Positions 24,775-34,520 of a DNA stretch of 64,000 nt are shown piece by piece. The stretch's first letter is position 1; the number at the start of each line of letters is the position of its first letter. A program made the translations under genes and the position numbers. The DNA is from an uncultured Verrucomicrobiae bacterium (GTDB lineage: Bacteria > Verrucomicrobiota > Verrucomicrobiia > Limisphaerales > JAFGQR01), in assembly GCA_963788655.1 (NCBI GenBank), contig CAWBHS010000008.1, forward strand, positions 1-64,000, read 5' to 3'. The notes below the pieces were generated by a model, which saw only the letters and a list, made by a program, of their open reading frames with translations, searched no databases and was not told where the DNA came from.

Positions 24775-25911
24775 TCAAATTACCAGCGTGCCGGCGGGAT
24801 CAAAAAAGTGCGCCTGGGCCATTTCAAATTCTAAGCGGCATGAATCGCCCACTCGGGCTCGCAGTTTGGAAGCGACCCGAGCGATCAGAGCTTGGGAGCC
24901 TACGGTCAGATGCACGAACGTGTCAGCGCCCAACGGTTCAACGCCCTTGACTGTGGCGGCAATGCTCGTGGCGGCATCCGGGATGGTTGCGGTGTGCAGC
25001 GTAATGGCTTCTGGCCGGAGCCCGAGCACCACCTGACGGTCTTGCCATTTTTGCAACCGGGCGGATTGCTCCTCCGTCAAGCGAACAGTCAATCCGTCTC
25101 CGCTGGAATCCGCAGCGTCCGGATGACCAACGAACGTCAGAGTGTCGCCGCGGCTCACCAAAATGCCGGCCGCAAAATTCATGGGCGGCGAGCCAACGAA
25201 GCCGGCCACAAACAGATTGGCCGGATGCCGGTACAACTCCATAGGCGCGGCCACCTGTTGAATGACACCCTGGTTCAGCACCACAATGCGATCCCCCAAC
25301 GTCATGGCTTCGGCCTGATCGTGCGTGACGTAGATCATCGTAGCCGCCAATTGTTTGTGGAGCCGGATCAATTCGGCGCGCATCTGCACCCGCATGGGGG
25401 CATCGAGATTGGACAAGGGCTCGTCGAAGAGAAACACTTTGGGCTGCCGTACGATGGCCCGGCCCAGAGCCACCCGCTGCCGTTCACCGCCGGAGAGCGA
25501 CCGGGGCAACCGCTTCAAACAGGGCCGCAAGCCCAACAGGTCGGCAGCCGCGTTGACGCGCGGTTCGATTTCTGCGCGGGGCAGCTTTCGCAACTTCAGG
25601 CCGAGCGCCATGTTTTCGGATGCCGTCAGATGCGGATAGAGCGCCAGATTCTGAAACACCATGGCAATGTCGCGGTCTTTAGGCGGCAGTTGGTTCACGA
25701 TCTGGCCATCCAGCGAAATCGTGCCGTGGGTGACTTCTTCCAGCCCGGCAATCAGGCGCAGCAAGGTCGATTTGCCGGCGCCCGAAGGTCCGACCAGCAC
25801 CATCAATTCCCGGTCTTCCACCGTCAGGCTTACCTCGGAAACTGCCGTCCACCCGTCGCCGCGCGCGCCGTCAAATTTCTTGGTGAGGTGATCGAGGACA
25901 ACACGGGCCAT
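24775..25911 (-). CDS. Sugar ABC transporter ATP-binding subunit (MalK/UgpC/MsmX family)
   Basis: Walker A GPSGAGKS, signature LSGGERQR, Walker B FLFDEPLSNLD, 'YVTHDQ', and a C-terminal TOBE-type region 'LGLRPE...VEPLG'. Confidence 0.95.
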   Translation of the reverse strand: MARVVLDHLTKKFDGARGDGWTAVSEVSLTVEDRELMVLVGPSGAGKSTLLRLIAGLEEVTHGTISLDGQIVNQLPPKDRDIAMVFQNLALYPHLTASENMALGLKLRKLPRAEIEPRVNAAADLLGLRPCLKRLPRSLSGGERQRVALGRAIVRQPKVFLFDEPLSNLDAPMRVQMRAELIRLHKQLAATMIYVTHDQAEAMTLGDRIVVLNQGVIQQVAAPMELYRHPANLFVAGFVGSPPMNFAAGILVSRGDTLTFVGHPDAADSSGDGLTVRLTEEQSARLQKWQDRQVVLGLRPEAITLHTATIPDAATSIAATVKGVEPLGADTFVHLTVGSQALIARVASKLRARVGDSCRLEFEMAQAHFFDPAGTLVI

Positions 25912-25923
25912 GGCCGGGCAATC

Positions 25924-26430
25924 TCACTGTTTCTTGAGGCGTTCCCACAGCGGCTGCAGATCCTCATCTGCCAGCGCCATTTGTTGGATGGACTTGGATG
26001 TCTTGGCGATGGCCATGGCTTTTTGCAGCCAGTCCCAAGCCTCGTCCAGCCGCCCGAGTTGCGCCGTATAACAAGCCAAATTGTAAGGGATGATGGAATT
26101 CTTGGGGAACTTTCCACAGGCGGGCAGCAAGGCTTCCCAGGACTGCAACAAGCCGCCACCGGTCGCCCGGCGCAACGAATAGGCACGGTGGATCCACCCC
26201 GAAACCCGTTGGGGAGCGAGCGTCACCAGCGCTTCGGCCACAGCCAATGCCTGATCCCAATCCTCCAACGCGGCACACACCTGCCATCGGACATCCAGCA
26301 CGTCGGGATGTTGTTGGAACGTTCCGGCAATCCGGCTCAACTCAGCATGGGCTTCCGCCGGCAGACCCAGTTCGATCCAGCCAATTGCGCCCAACAAAAA
26401 CTGGGCATCCGGTTGTGGCAATTCCGACAT
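25924..26430 (-). CDS. Tetratricopeptide-repeat protein
   Basis: Helical TPR-like pattern including 'YNLACYTAQLGRLDEAWDWLQKA'. Start MSELPQ at 26430. Confidence 0.75.
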   Translation of the reverse strand: MSELPQPDAQFLLGAIGWIELGLPAEAHAELSRIAGTFQQHPDVLDVRWQVCAALEDWDQALAVAEALVTLAPQRVSGWIHRAYSLRRATGGGLLQSWEALLPACGKFPKNSIIPYNLACYTAQLGRLDEAWDWLQKAMAIAKTSKSIQQMALADEDLQPLWERLKKQ

Positions 26431-26481
26431 CGCCCGCGAACGTAAACGAAGCCGTGTTAAAAACCAAGCAAGCGGCGAGAG

Positions 26482-26582
26482 AATGACCAATGGCCAATGA
26501 CCAAGTTCCAGAGAATTCCCAATGCGCAAGGTCCAATCAAATCTTGAGGAGCCTTCCGCCGGTGAATTCGTCATTGGCCATT
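26482..26582. repeat. Short heptamer tandem repeat (AATGACC-like) with a distal inverted copy
   Basis: aatgacc-aatggcc-aatgacc-aagttcc at 26482-26509. 26570-26582 is the reverse complement of 26489-26501. Confidence 0.6.
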
Positions 26583-27470
26583 CAATGTCGGCCGCTGCCA
26601 GTGAAACGCTTTGTCGGTGAAAAGAAAAATTTCCCTCGACTCGGCCGTGGCCAGCAGGCCTTCCGGGACGAAGCAGCATGCCTCGATGTGCTCATGTTTG
26701 AACTTGGTGCGGTAGGGCTTCTGGGCGCCCGCGCGGAGCGGGTCACCGGCAATACGAAACACATACGCGCCGGCCTTGGCTACCAGGCCCAACAAACGTC
26801 CGTCGGGCGAAATATCCGCGCCGGTCACCGGCGATTCCACGCGCAGCCGCGCCACGTGTTCGAGGGTCAACGGTTCGGATTGGTTCGCCAGCGGAAAACG
26901 ATAGATGCGGGCGCGTTCATCATCGAAGACCTTGGACACCACGTAGCCGTTGGTCTGCCACACGAACAAGGCTTCGCAATCGAACGCCGCGAACGGAAAC
27001 CGCAGTTGCCAGCCGCGCGTGACCCGGACGATGCCGCCAGACATCGGGTCCGGCTCGTCAATTTCGTAAACCGCCAGTTGCTGGCGCCGGGCATTATTGT
27101 TGCCGATGTCGCCCAAAAACAAATGCCCATGATCATCAATCGCAATGTCCTCCCAATCCTCGATTTGCGCTCCGCTGACGAGATACTCGGCCAGCAACCG
27201 GCCGTCGCGTGTGAGGGCATAGAGGGTTTGTTTGCGGATGCCGCCGCCGTCATTGTGCGTCCAAAACACACCGGGATGTTTCCGACTGGCTACGATGCCG
27301 GAGCTTTCCGTGATCCGCGAATATGTGATTTGACCGACCTGTTCCACGCCCGGGGCAACCACCCGTTCGTTGACGGGAGGAGCCGCCAACGCCGTTTCCG
27401 TGACGAAGGCAGGCGCCCACAAGGTCAAGAGCAGCGTCAGCGTCGTCGGAATTGGGTGTTCTGACTTCAT
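26571..27470 (-). CDS. Secreted beta-propeller-like conserved hypothetical protein
   Basis: Signal peptide and motifs 'ESSGIVAS...FWTHNDGG', 'DWEDIA', 'GDIGNN', 'DCEAL' and 'TGADISPDG'. Confidence 0.7.
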   Translation of the reverse strand: MKSEHPIPTTLTLLLTLWAPAFVTETALAAPPVNERVVAPGVEQVGQITYSRITESSGIVASRKHPGVFWTHNDGGGIRKQTLYALTRDGRLLAEYLVSGAQIEDWEDIAIDDHGHLFLGDIGNNNARRQQLAVYEIDEPDPMSGGIVRVTRGWQLRFPFAAFDCEALFVWQTNGYVVSKVFDDERARIYRFPLANQSEPLTLEHVARLRVESPVTGADISPDGRLLGLVAKAGAYVFRIAGDPLRAGAQKPYRTKFKHEHIEACCFVPEGLLATAESREIFLFTDKAFHWQRPTLNGQ

Positions 27471-27538
27471 GGATGTCGATTGCCGTAAAATAAACTGCAC
27501 CTTGGACCAAAGGCGATTAAATTCTCGGAGGCTTGGTT

Positions 27539-30167
27539 ATGCCGGATATGGAATTAAACAACAATACTGCCGGAAAGGTTGCCGCTCGAACGGAACTTCG
27601 TCTCAGCGGACTGAATTGCAACAATTGCGTGCGTCACGCGACGGAGGCCCTGCAGGGCGTCGAAGGAGTGGCCAGCGCGACCGTGACGCTCGAACCGCAA
27701 CGGGCGACGGTGCGTTGGACGCCTGGCCATGCCCCGGTGGTGGATGCCTTGATCGCGGCAGTGCAGAAGGCCGGTTACCAGGCAACGGCGGTGCCGCACC
27801 GTCCCGATCCGGGCCGCCTCATCCTGCGTGTTACCGGCATGAGCTGCAACAATTGTGTGCGCCACGTGACCGAGGCGTTGCAGGGCGTGCCGGGTGTGGC
27901 CAATGCCGCTGTGGAATTGGAAACCAAACGCGCCACCGTGCGCTGGACGGAGGGTGCCAGCGCCCAAGTCGAACCGCTGCTGGCCGCGGTCAAACAAGCC
28001 GGTTACGAGGCGGAGCCGATCGAGGCCGCTCCCGGGGACACCGAAGATACCGGGACCAAGAAGCTGGCGAGCTGGCATCTGAATTTGTGGATAGGCGTGT
28101 TGGGCACGTTGCCGCTCATGCTGGGCGAATGGGTGTTTGGCCTGTCGAGCGAAACTTGGTTTCGCTGGTTCTCCTTCGCGCTGGCTGCGGTGGTTCAGAC
28201 CAAAGCCGGCGCGTCGTTTTATCGCGGCGCCTGGAACCAACTCAAGGTGGGCAATTCGAACATGGACACCCTGGTGGCCCTCGGTTCCACCACCGCGTTT
28301 GTCTATAGCACCTGGGCCTTGTTCAGTGGTATGCCCGGCCATCTGTATTTCATGGAAGCGGCGGGCATCATCACCATCATCAGCGTGGGCCATTGGCTGG
28401 AAGCCCGCGTCAGCAGCCGGGCGTCGAGCGCCCTCAAAGCTTTGCTCAATCTCGCCCCGGACCTGGCCCGGCGCCACAACGCCGACGGCAGCGAAACCGA
28501 AGTGCCGGTGGCCTCCTTGCAGGCCGGCGATCAGGTGGCGTTGCGGCCCGGTGACCGCGTGCCCACGGATGGCGAAGTGGCGGAAGGTCACTCGGCGGTG
28601 GATGAATCCATGTTGACCGGCGAGTCGGTGCCCGTGGACAAATCCGCTGCTGACAAACTGTACGCCGGCACCGTGAATTTGAATGGCCGGCTGCTGCTGC
28701 GTGTGACCGCCACCGGCGAGGCCACGGCGCTGGCGCACATTATTGCCGCCGTGCAGCGTGCCCAAACCAGCCGCGCCAACATTCAGCGTTTGGCTGACCG
28801 CGTGAGCAACGTCTTTGTGCCCCTCGTCGTGCTGGCCGCCCTGGGCACGGCGCTCTGGTGGGGGTTGGCGCCCGAGACCGCCCAGCAAGTTCACCACTGG
28901 CTCGCCGGCTATTTGTGGCACGTGAGCTTGCCGGAAACCGCATTGGCGTCCGCGGTAATCGGGGCGGCGGCCGTGTTGATTATCGCGTGTCCCTGTGCCA
29001 TGGGGCTGGCGACGCCGGCGGCGATCATGGCCGGTTCCAATGTTGCGGCCAAACGAGGCATTCTCATTCGGGACGGGGTGGCCTTGGAAAAAGCAGGCCG
29101 GGTGACGGCCGTCATTTTTGACAAGACCGGAACCTTGACGCTGGGCAAACCCCAAGTGGCAAAGTTTGAAGCGTTCGGTCAAGTATTCGAACCAGAGCCT
29201 GACCTTGACCCGACCAACTCCAATCCGGTTCGCGGTTCGCAGGGACAGCATCCAACAACCCGAAATGGCGACACCTCGGTCCTTCCCCAAGTTCGCATCG
29301 CTGCCGCTCTGGCCCGCCCTTCGACGCATCCGCTCAGCCAAGCCGTGGCCAAACTGGCGACTGAGGAAATAACGTTCCGTGACTGGCAGGAAGTGCGTGG
29401 AGCCGGGGTTGAAGGCAAATTGCAAATTGCCGACTACGGACCGAAACCGGACGGCAGCGCGAACGGCGAACCTACGTTGCGGCTGGGCGCTTTGAAATGG
29501 TTGACCGAGTGCGGTGTGGACCTGACCGCAGCCAAGCCGTTCGTCGAGGAATGGACCGCCCAAGGCGCCACGGTGCTAGGGTTGGCGGCCGACCGCGCAT
29601 TGCTCGGCTTGCTGGCCGTCAAGGATACGGTGAAATCCGGCGCCCGCGTCGTGGTACACAAACTTCAGCAGCAAGGATTGAAAACCTATCTCGTTACTGG
29701 CGACAACCGATTGACGGCCGCCGGCATCGCCCAGCAAACAGGAATACCCGCCGACCAGGTTTTTGCCGAAGTGCGTCCAGAGCAGAAGTCCGAATTTGTC
29801 GTGAGACTCCAGCGAGAAGGTCATCGGGTGGCGTTCGTCGGTGATGGCATCAATGACGCGCCGGCGTTGGAACAAGCGGACCTGGGTATCGCAGTGGCGC
29901 GCGCCAGCGACATCGCCCGGGAAGCCGCGGACATCATTCTGCTGAAGTCCGAAATCGAGGCCGTGCCGGAGAGTCTCGGCCTGGCGCGGGCCACCTTGCG
30001 GACCATCAAGCAAAACCTGTTTTGGGCTTTCTTTTACAATGCCATCGGCGTTCCTTTGGCTGCTCTCGGTTTCATGAGTCCCGGTACTGTGCGCCCTGGC
30101 CATGGGTGTCTCCGATCTGGTGGTGGTCGGCAACGCGCTACGCTTGCGTGCTTGGAAGGAATCATAA
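27539..30167 (+). CDS. copA: Heavy-metal (Cu+/Ag+) P1B-type ATPase with two N-terminal HMA domains; frameshift near 30082
   Basis: Two CNNC HMA motifs, TGES, CPC, DKTGT, HP, TGD, GDGINDAP and YN. The last helix '(P)VLCALAMGVSDLVVVGNALRL' is in a shifted frame ending at TAA 30165-30167. Confidence 0.9.
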
Positions 30168-30175
30168 AACTACCC

Positions 30176-31160
30176 ATGGCTGCCGGCATCAATGTGCTCA
30201 TCCACGAAAGCCAGTTCCCCGACCATTGGGAACAGCGAGTTGAAACACTCGCTGGTCAGCCGGCGCATCAATCCCAAGTTTCACTATGGCAGTCCCCGTC
30301 AAACGCAGGCTTGGCTGGCGCTGCATCAGGCCTGTTCGCCGGCCGTCTCGGATCCGGATTGTATTGGCATTTATGACGCGAGCTTTCGCTTCGTGGCGGA
30401 GCAACTGGCTGCCGGGCCGGTCCATGTTGTCAGTCTCGGTTGCGGCGGTGCGCAGAAGGAAGCGCGATTGCTGCGCTTGCTCAGCGATGGACGCGGGGAT
30501 GTTCACGTCACTTTGGCGGATGCCAGTCCAGGATTGGTCGTCACCGCCCATCAACGCATCGCCAAGACTCAACCCCGGAGCATCCGAGCGGTCATGGTAG
30601 ATTTGCTGACCGCGGACGATCTCTCCGGATTGCTGTTTGCGCCTGGAGCCGAAACGGCTCGACGAATAGTGACTTGCTTCGGGGTGCTGCCCAATGCCCA
30701 GCCCGCGGTGATATTTCCGCGGCTGGCGAACTTGATGCGTTCCGGCGATTGGTTGTTGCTGAGCGCTAATCTTACCGCGGGCCGGAATTATCTCCAGGAA
30801 GTCCAGGCCGCACTCCCGCTCTATGACAATGCGCTAACGCGTGACTGGCTGAGCTTGCTGTTGTTCGACTGCGGATTTGAACGCCGCGACGGAGAAATTC
30901 GTTTCACCATCGAAGCGTGCGATACGCACCCTGAATTGCTGCAAATTGTGGCTTGGTTTGACCTCCGCCGTGAGCGTTGCCTTCGTTTAGGCGGCGAAGC
31001 TATTCAGTTTTCATCCGGGGAATCACTCCGCTTGTTCTATTCCCATCGTTACACCGCCGCGCTGGTGGACCAAATGATTCATCAGGCAGGTCTGTCCCTT
31101 CAACATACATGGATCACCCAGCACAGCGATGAAGGAGTGTTTGTCTGCACGGGGGTGTGA
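30176..31160 (+). CDS. EgtD-like SAM-dependent methyltransferase (histidine N-alpha-methyltransferase family); frameshift near the 5' end
   Basis: 'INPKFHY', SAM motif 'VSLGCGGAQKE', 'LPLYDN' and 'GESLRLFYSHRYT'. ATG at 30176 is 8 nt after the ATPase stop. Confidence 0.7.
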
Positions 31161-31625
31161 TGGGCGTGCGACCGCTCGCGAGAGAAAAAGAAAGGTGTCG
31201 GCAAGAGCATCAGGATGCACAGCAAATGCATCTTTCGCCCCCTATAGGCTCAACCAGATGCCCTCGCCGACACAAAAACGGTGATTGGGAATTGCAGGCA
31301 GCCCCGCATTCAGCTTGGCGACACCAAGACACAGCTCGCGCCCCCTTCGAGCTTCAAGGTGAGCTTGGTTACCGGCGCGCTGTTGAACTGCAAATTCCAC
31401 TTTTTCAAAAAACCAAGATTGCCAAATGTCGATTTGGTTGCCGGTTTGTATGCTGCCGGCAAACTGAGTTTTCCGGGCTAAAGAATGACAGACTCCGCGT
31501 CGCAAAACAAGTCACAGAATATCTTTTTTTGTTTATTATGGGTATTAGACTTGCTGCCGCAGCCAAGGCACGGAAACGGCTTGCCTGCCTGAATAATGAG
31601 GGTGGGCAAATTAAGCCAATCATTT

Positions 31626-32837
31626 CTAAGGCGCTGATTCCGTGTGGCTTTTGCCGTTTATCCGATACAAATGAACTCCGTATGGCGGAAAATCGTCGGC
31701 AAAATGCCCGTTTTTTGCCTCCAAAGAACGGTCTTCACCCAGCACCACAGCCGTTGTTTTGCCGGCCAGGCCGGGGAGCTCAATAATGCCCTGCGTCGGG
31801 CGAGGCCGCATGTTCACCGAGAAGAGATAATTGGTGGCGCCGTGGCGTTTCATCATCCAGGCAATCGGCGTGTTCTGGACACTGGATTTGACAGTGACGC
31901 CGCCGGAGACGCTGGGGCGGTTGAGCGCGGGCGCGAGTTCGTGAATCTGGCGGTTGATGGCAGTGACGGCGGCCAACATCTCCGGGTCTTCCAGCAACGC
32001 GGCTTCTTTGAAGCTTGGCTGGAACTGATGGACGAAATAGATCAATCCCTGCGAACCGTGAATGAGCGCCATCCAGACTTCCGCGCGCAATTGTTGCGGT
32101 GTCGCCTTCGCCCGCGGATTGCCAATGTGGGTACACTCGATGCAATTCCAAACAATCTTCTTTCCGCCGCTCCACTTCACCAGTCGCTCTACTCCATGGG
32201 CGACGAATTCCAACTTGCCGGCCACTTCGCGGTGGTTGTGGACTGCGGGATAAATATCGAAGGATGCGATGTCGCAGCCTTTGATGTATTCGGGATAATC
32301 CTCCGGATGATTGCGGCGGACCCCGCGGCCGATATAGTTGTCCCACGCCACGCCCTGGCCCAGATTGAGCATTACGGGCCGCGACGGATCCGCGGCGCGG
32401 AGGTGTTCGTAATCACGAATTATTTTTTCCGGCAGAATGGGCGGACCATACCCTTTGCCTTGGCCGAGCGACTGGGCGTTGTCCGGTTCGTCTCCGTGCA
32501 TCCAACCCACAATGATCGGATTGTCCCGGTTGGCCAGGCCCACGCGGTTCTGCGCGCAGATGACCGGCATGTTCGCGGCCTGTAATTCAGCCAGTTGATT
32601 GGTAGTCGGCCCCCGCCAAAGCCCCACGTAGAGGTTGATGCCGGCCGCTTGGTAGCGGGCCGCATTACGCGGACTTTGCAGCCACACCGCAATGGGGAAG
32701 TAATGATCATCTGCCGGTGGACCATGCTTCCATTGGGCATAATTGACGGACGCGGATGATTCAGGAATTTGGGCTCGGATCAGAGGTGGCGTGGCCAACA
32801 ACACGCCGGCCAGCGCGAGAAGAAGCTGCGGTTTCAT
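31626..32837 (-). CDS. Secreted putative glycoside hydrolase (TIM-barrel, GH-A/beta-galactosidase-like)
   Basis: Signal peptide MKPQLLLALAG, plus 'GWMHGDEPDN', 'SFDIYP' and 'WMALIHGSQGLIYF'. Confidence 0.65.
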   Translation of the reverse strand: MKPQLLLALAGVLLATPPLIRAQIPESSASVNYAQWKHGPPADDHYFPIAVWLQSPRNAARYQAAGINLYVGLWRGPTTNQLAELQAANMPVICAQNRVGLANRDNPIIVGWMHGDEPDNAQSLGQGKGYGPPILPEKIIRDYEHLRAADPSRPVMLNLGQGVAWDNYIGRGVRRNHPEDYPEYIKGCDIASFDIYPAVHNHREVAGKLEFVAHGVERLVKWSGGKKIVWNCIECTHIGNPRAKATPQQLRAEVWMALIHGSQGLIYFVHQFQPSFKEAALLEDPEMLAAVTAINRQIHELAPALNRPSVSGGVTVKSSVQNTPIAWMMKRHGATNYLFSVNMRPRPTQGIIELPGLAGKTTAVVLGEDRSLEAKNGHFADDFPPYGVHLYRINGKSHTESAP

Positions 32838-32942
32838 TGGTGCGATAGCATGCTTCAACCGCCCGTGGCGCACAAGCCAAAGCTGGATAATGAGGCGTCG
32901 TCCTGGATTGACGCATGGGGCGTGCTTCGTCAGAATCAATGC

Positions 32943-33674
32943 ATGAACCGATCGCTAATTGCCTCATGCCTGACGCTGTTGTGCGCTGCTCACACTGGCT
33001 TTGCCGCTTCGCTTGTCCCTGGCCCGGAACTCCAGGCCGCTGCGGAAAAGCAATGGGCGAAAGCCATTGCCGACCTTGAAACCCGCGATCAACGCGAGTC
33101 CCATCCAGCGGACAGCATTCTGTTCGTGGGCAGTTCGTCCATCCGCCTCTGGAACAGCATTGTGCCCGACATGGCGCCGTATCATCCGATCCAGCGCGGC
33201 TATGGCGGGGCCAAGTTTTCGGACGTGACGGTGTTCGCGAAACGGCTGATCGCGCCTCATCAATTTCGGGCCATGGTCGTGTTTGTTGCCAATGATGTGA
33301 CCGGTCGGCCGGATGATCCCACACCCGAACAAGTGGCTGGTTGGTTCGGACACATTGTCGATGTGGCGCGCGCGGCGCAACCTGACGCCCCCATTTTTTG
33401 TCTGGAGGTTACTCCCACCCAGTCCCGCTGGCAGGCTTGGCCGAAGATTCGCGAAGTCAACCGCGCCCTGGCTCAAGAGTGCCTGGCTCGGCCCAACGTC
33501 GATTTCATTCCCACCGCCCACGCCTATTTGGGATCGGACGGCAAACCGCAGGCGGAATTGTTCCGCAATGACCGTCTGCACCTAAGTCCGTTGGGTTACC
33601 GCATCTGGTCCGCGATCATCAAGTCCCACTTGGATGCGGTGCTGGATCCAGATTTCGCCATTCGAAAACGCTAA
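32943..33674 (+). CDS. Secreted SGNH/GDSL hydrolase
   Basis: 'LFVGSSSIRLW', 'RGYGG', 'ANDV' and 'DRLHL'. Confidence 0.9.
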   Translation: MNRSLIASCLTLLCAAHTGFAASLVPGPELQAAAEKQWAKAIADLETRDQRESHPADSILFVGSSSIRLWNSIVPDMAPYHPIQRGYGGAKFSDVTVFAKRLIAPHQFRAMVVFVANDVTGRPDDPTPEQVAGWFGHIVDVARAAQPDAPIFCLEVTPTQSRWQAWPKIREVNRALAQECLARPNVDFIPTAHAYLGSDGKPQAELFRNDRLHLSPLGYRIWSAIIKSHLDAVLDPDFAIRKR

Positions 33675-33738
33675 GCTGCATCTATGCAGTAAGGAACCGC
33701 GAATGAATCCAGCCCAGCGCACCCGTAACCAAGAATAA

Positions 33739-34186
33739 TCAGCCACAAAAGAACGCCAACGCCGTAGAGACATTCATCAGGAGTTGCGCGCTGTTGCCCA
33801 CCGAATTGTAATAGCATCGCACCAAGTCCGGTAAGGGCCGCAGATGACTGCCAAACCAGTCCGTGCTCAGCATGGTGTCCACTTCGTTGGGCGCCCCCAA
33901 CACGCCGTCCGGATCGCCGGCGGCGCAGGTCGCATCCGGCGTGATGAGCAACGCGAGGTCCACAGGTTGCATCCACTTGCACCGGGCCACCATCCAGCCC
34001 CATCGCTTCGAGGCGACGGATGATCTCCGTCCCGCGCGTATCATAGCCCACGCGAGAAATGCCTTTGGCCTGGGTGCCCAACGCGTGCGCGTGGCAAGCA
34101 AAGTTGGCGGGAGCCCCGCCCAATTGTGGGCCGGCGGGCAACAAGTCCCAGAGAACTTCGCCCAGGCCAATGACATTAAAACTCAT
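33739..34186 (-). pseudogene. Chimeric remnant: PfkB/fructokinase N-terminus joined to an internal GH29 alpha-L-fucosidase-like fragment
   Basis: 'MSFNVIGLGEVLWDLLPAGPQLGGAPANFA' from 34186 loses similarity at about 33965. Another frame then reads 'GDPDG..PNEVD....WF...RPLPDLVRCYYNSVGNSAQLLMNV'. Confidence 0.7.
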
Positions 34187-34233
34187 TTTGTTCGGAGGTT
34201 TTTCAGACGTCGATAGTTCCGGAAAGATCGGCA

Positions 34234-34457
34234 GCCGTTGCACGGTTGGTGCCCATGGTTCCCCTCACCCTGACCCTCTTCCCAAGGAGAGAGAACAGCG
34301 ATGGCACGGGCCTTGATCTTTGATGAGGATGCGACGATCGTCTGCTTTGGGATACGCGCCTCAGCAACCAAGCATGGGAGTGCGCTCGTTGTCTCCGGCC
34401 GGCGCCAAACGGGCTCCCTCTCCCCAAGGGAGAGGGCTGGGGTGAAGGGGAAGGTGA
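34234..34457. repeat. Dispersed ~225-bp REPIN/MITE-like element, copy 1
   Basis: Inverted CCCCTCACCCTGACCCTCT.CC / GGGAGAGGG.TGGGGTGA arms. The flank and internal spacer resemble 41665-41891. Confidence 0.8.
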
Positions 34458-34520
34458 CGCCCGCAGTGCCTGAACGCAGAGATTTGCCCCCCCGACCAAC
34501 CAGCTTTGTTCATAAGCCGT

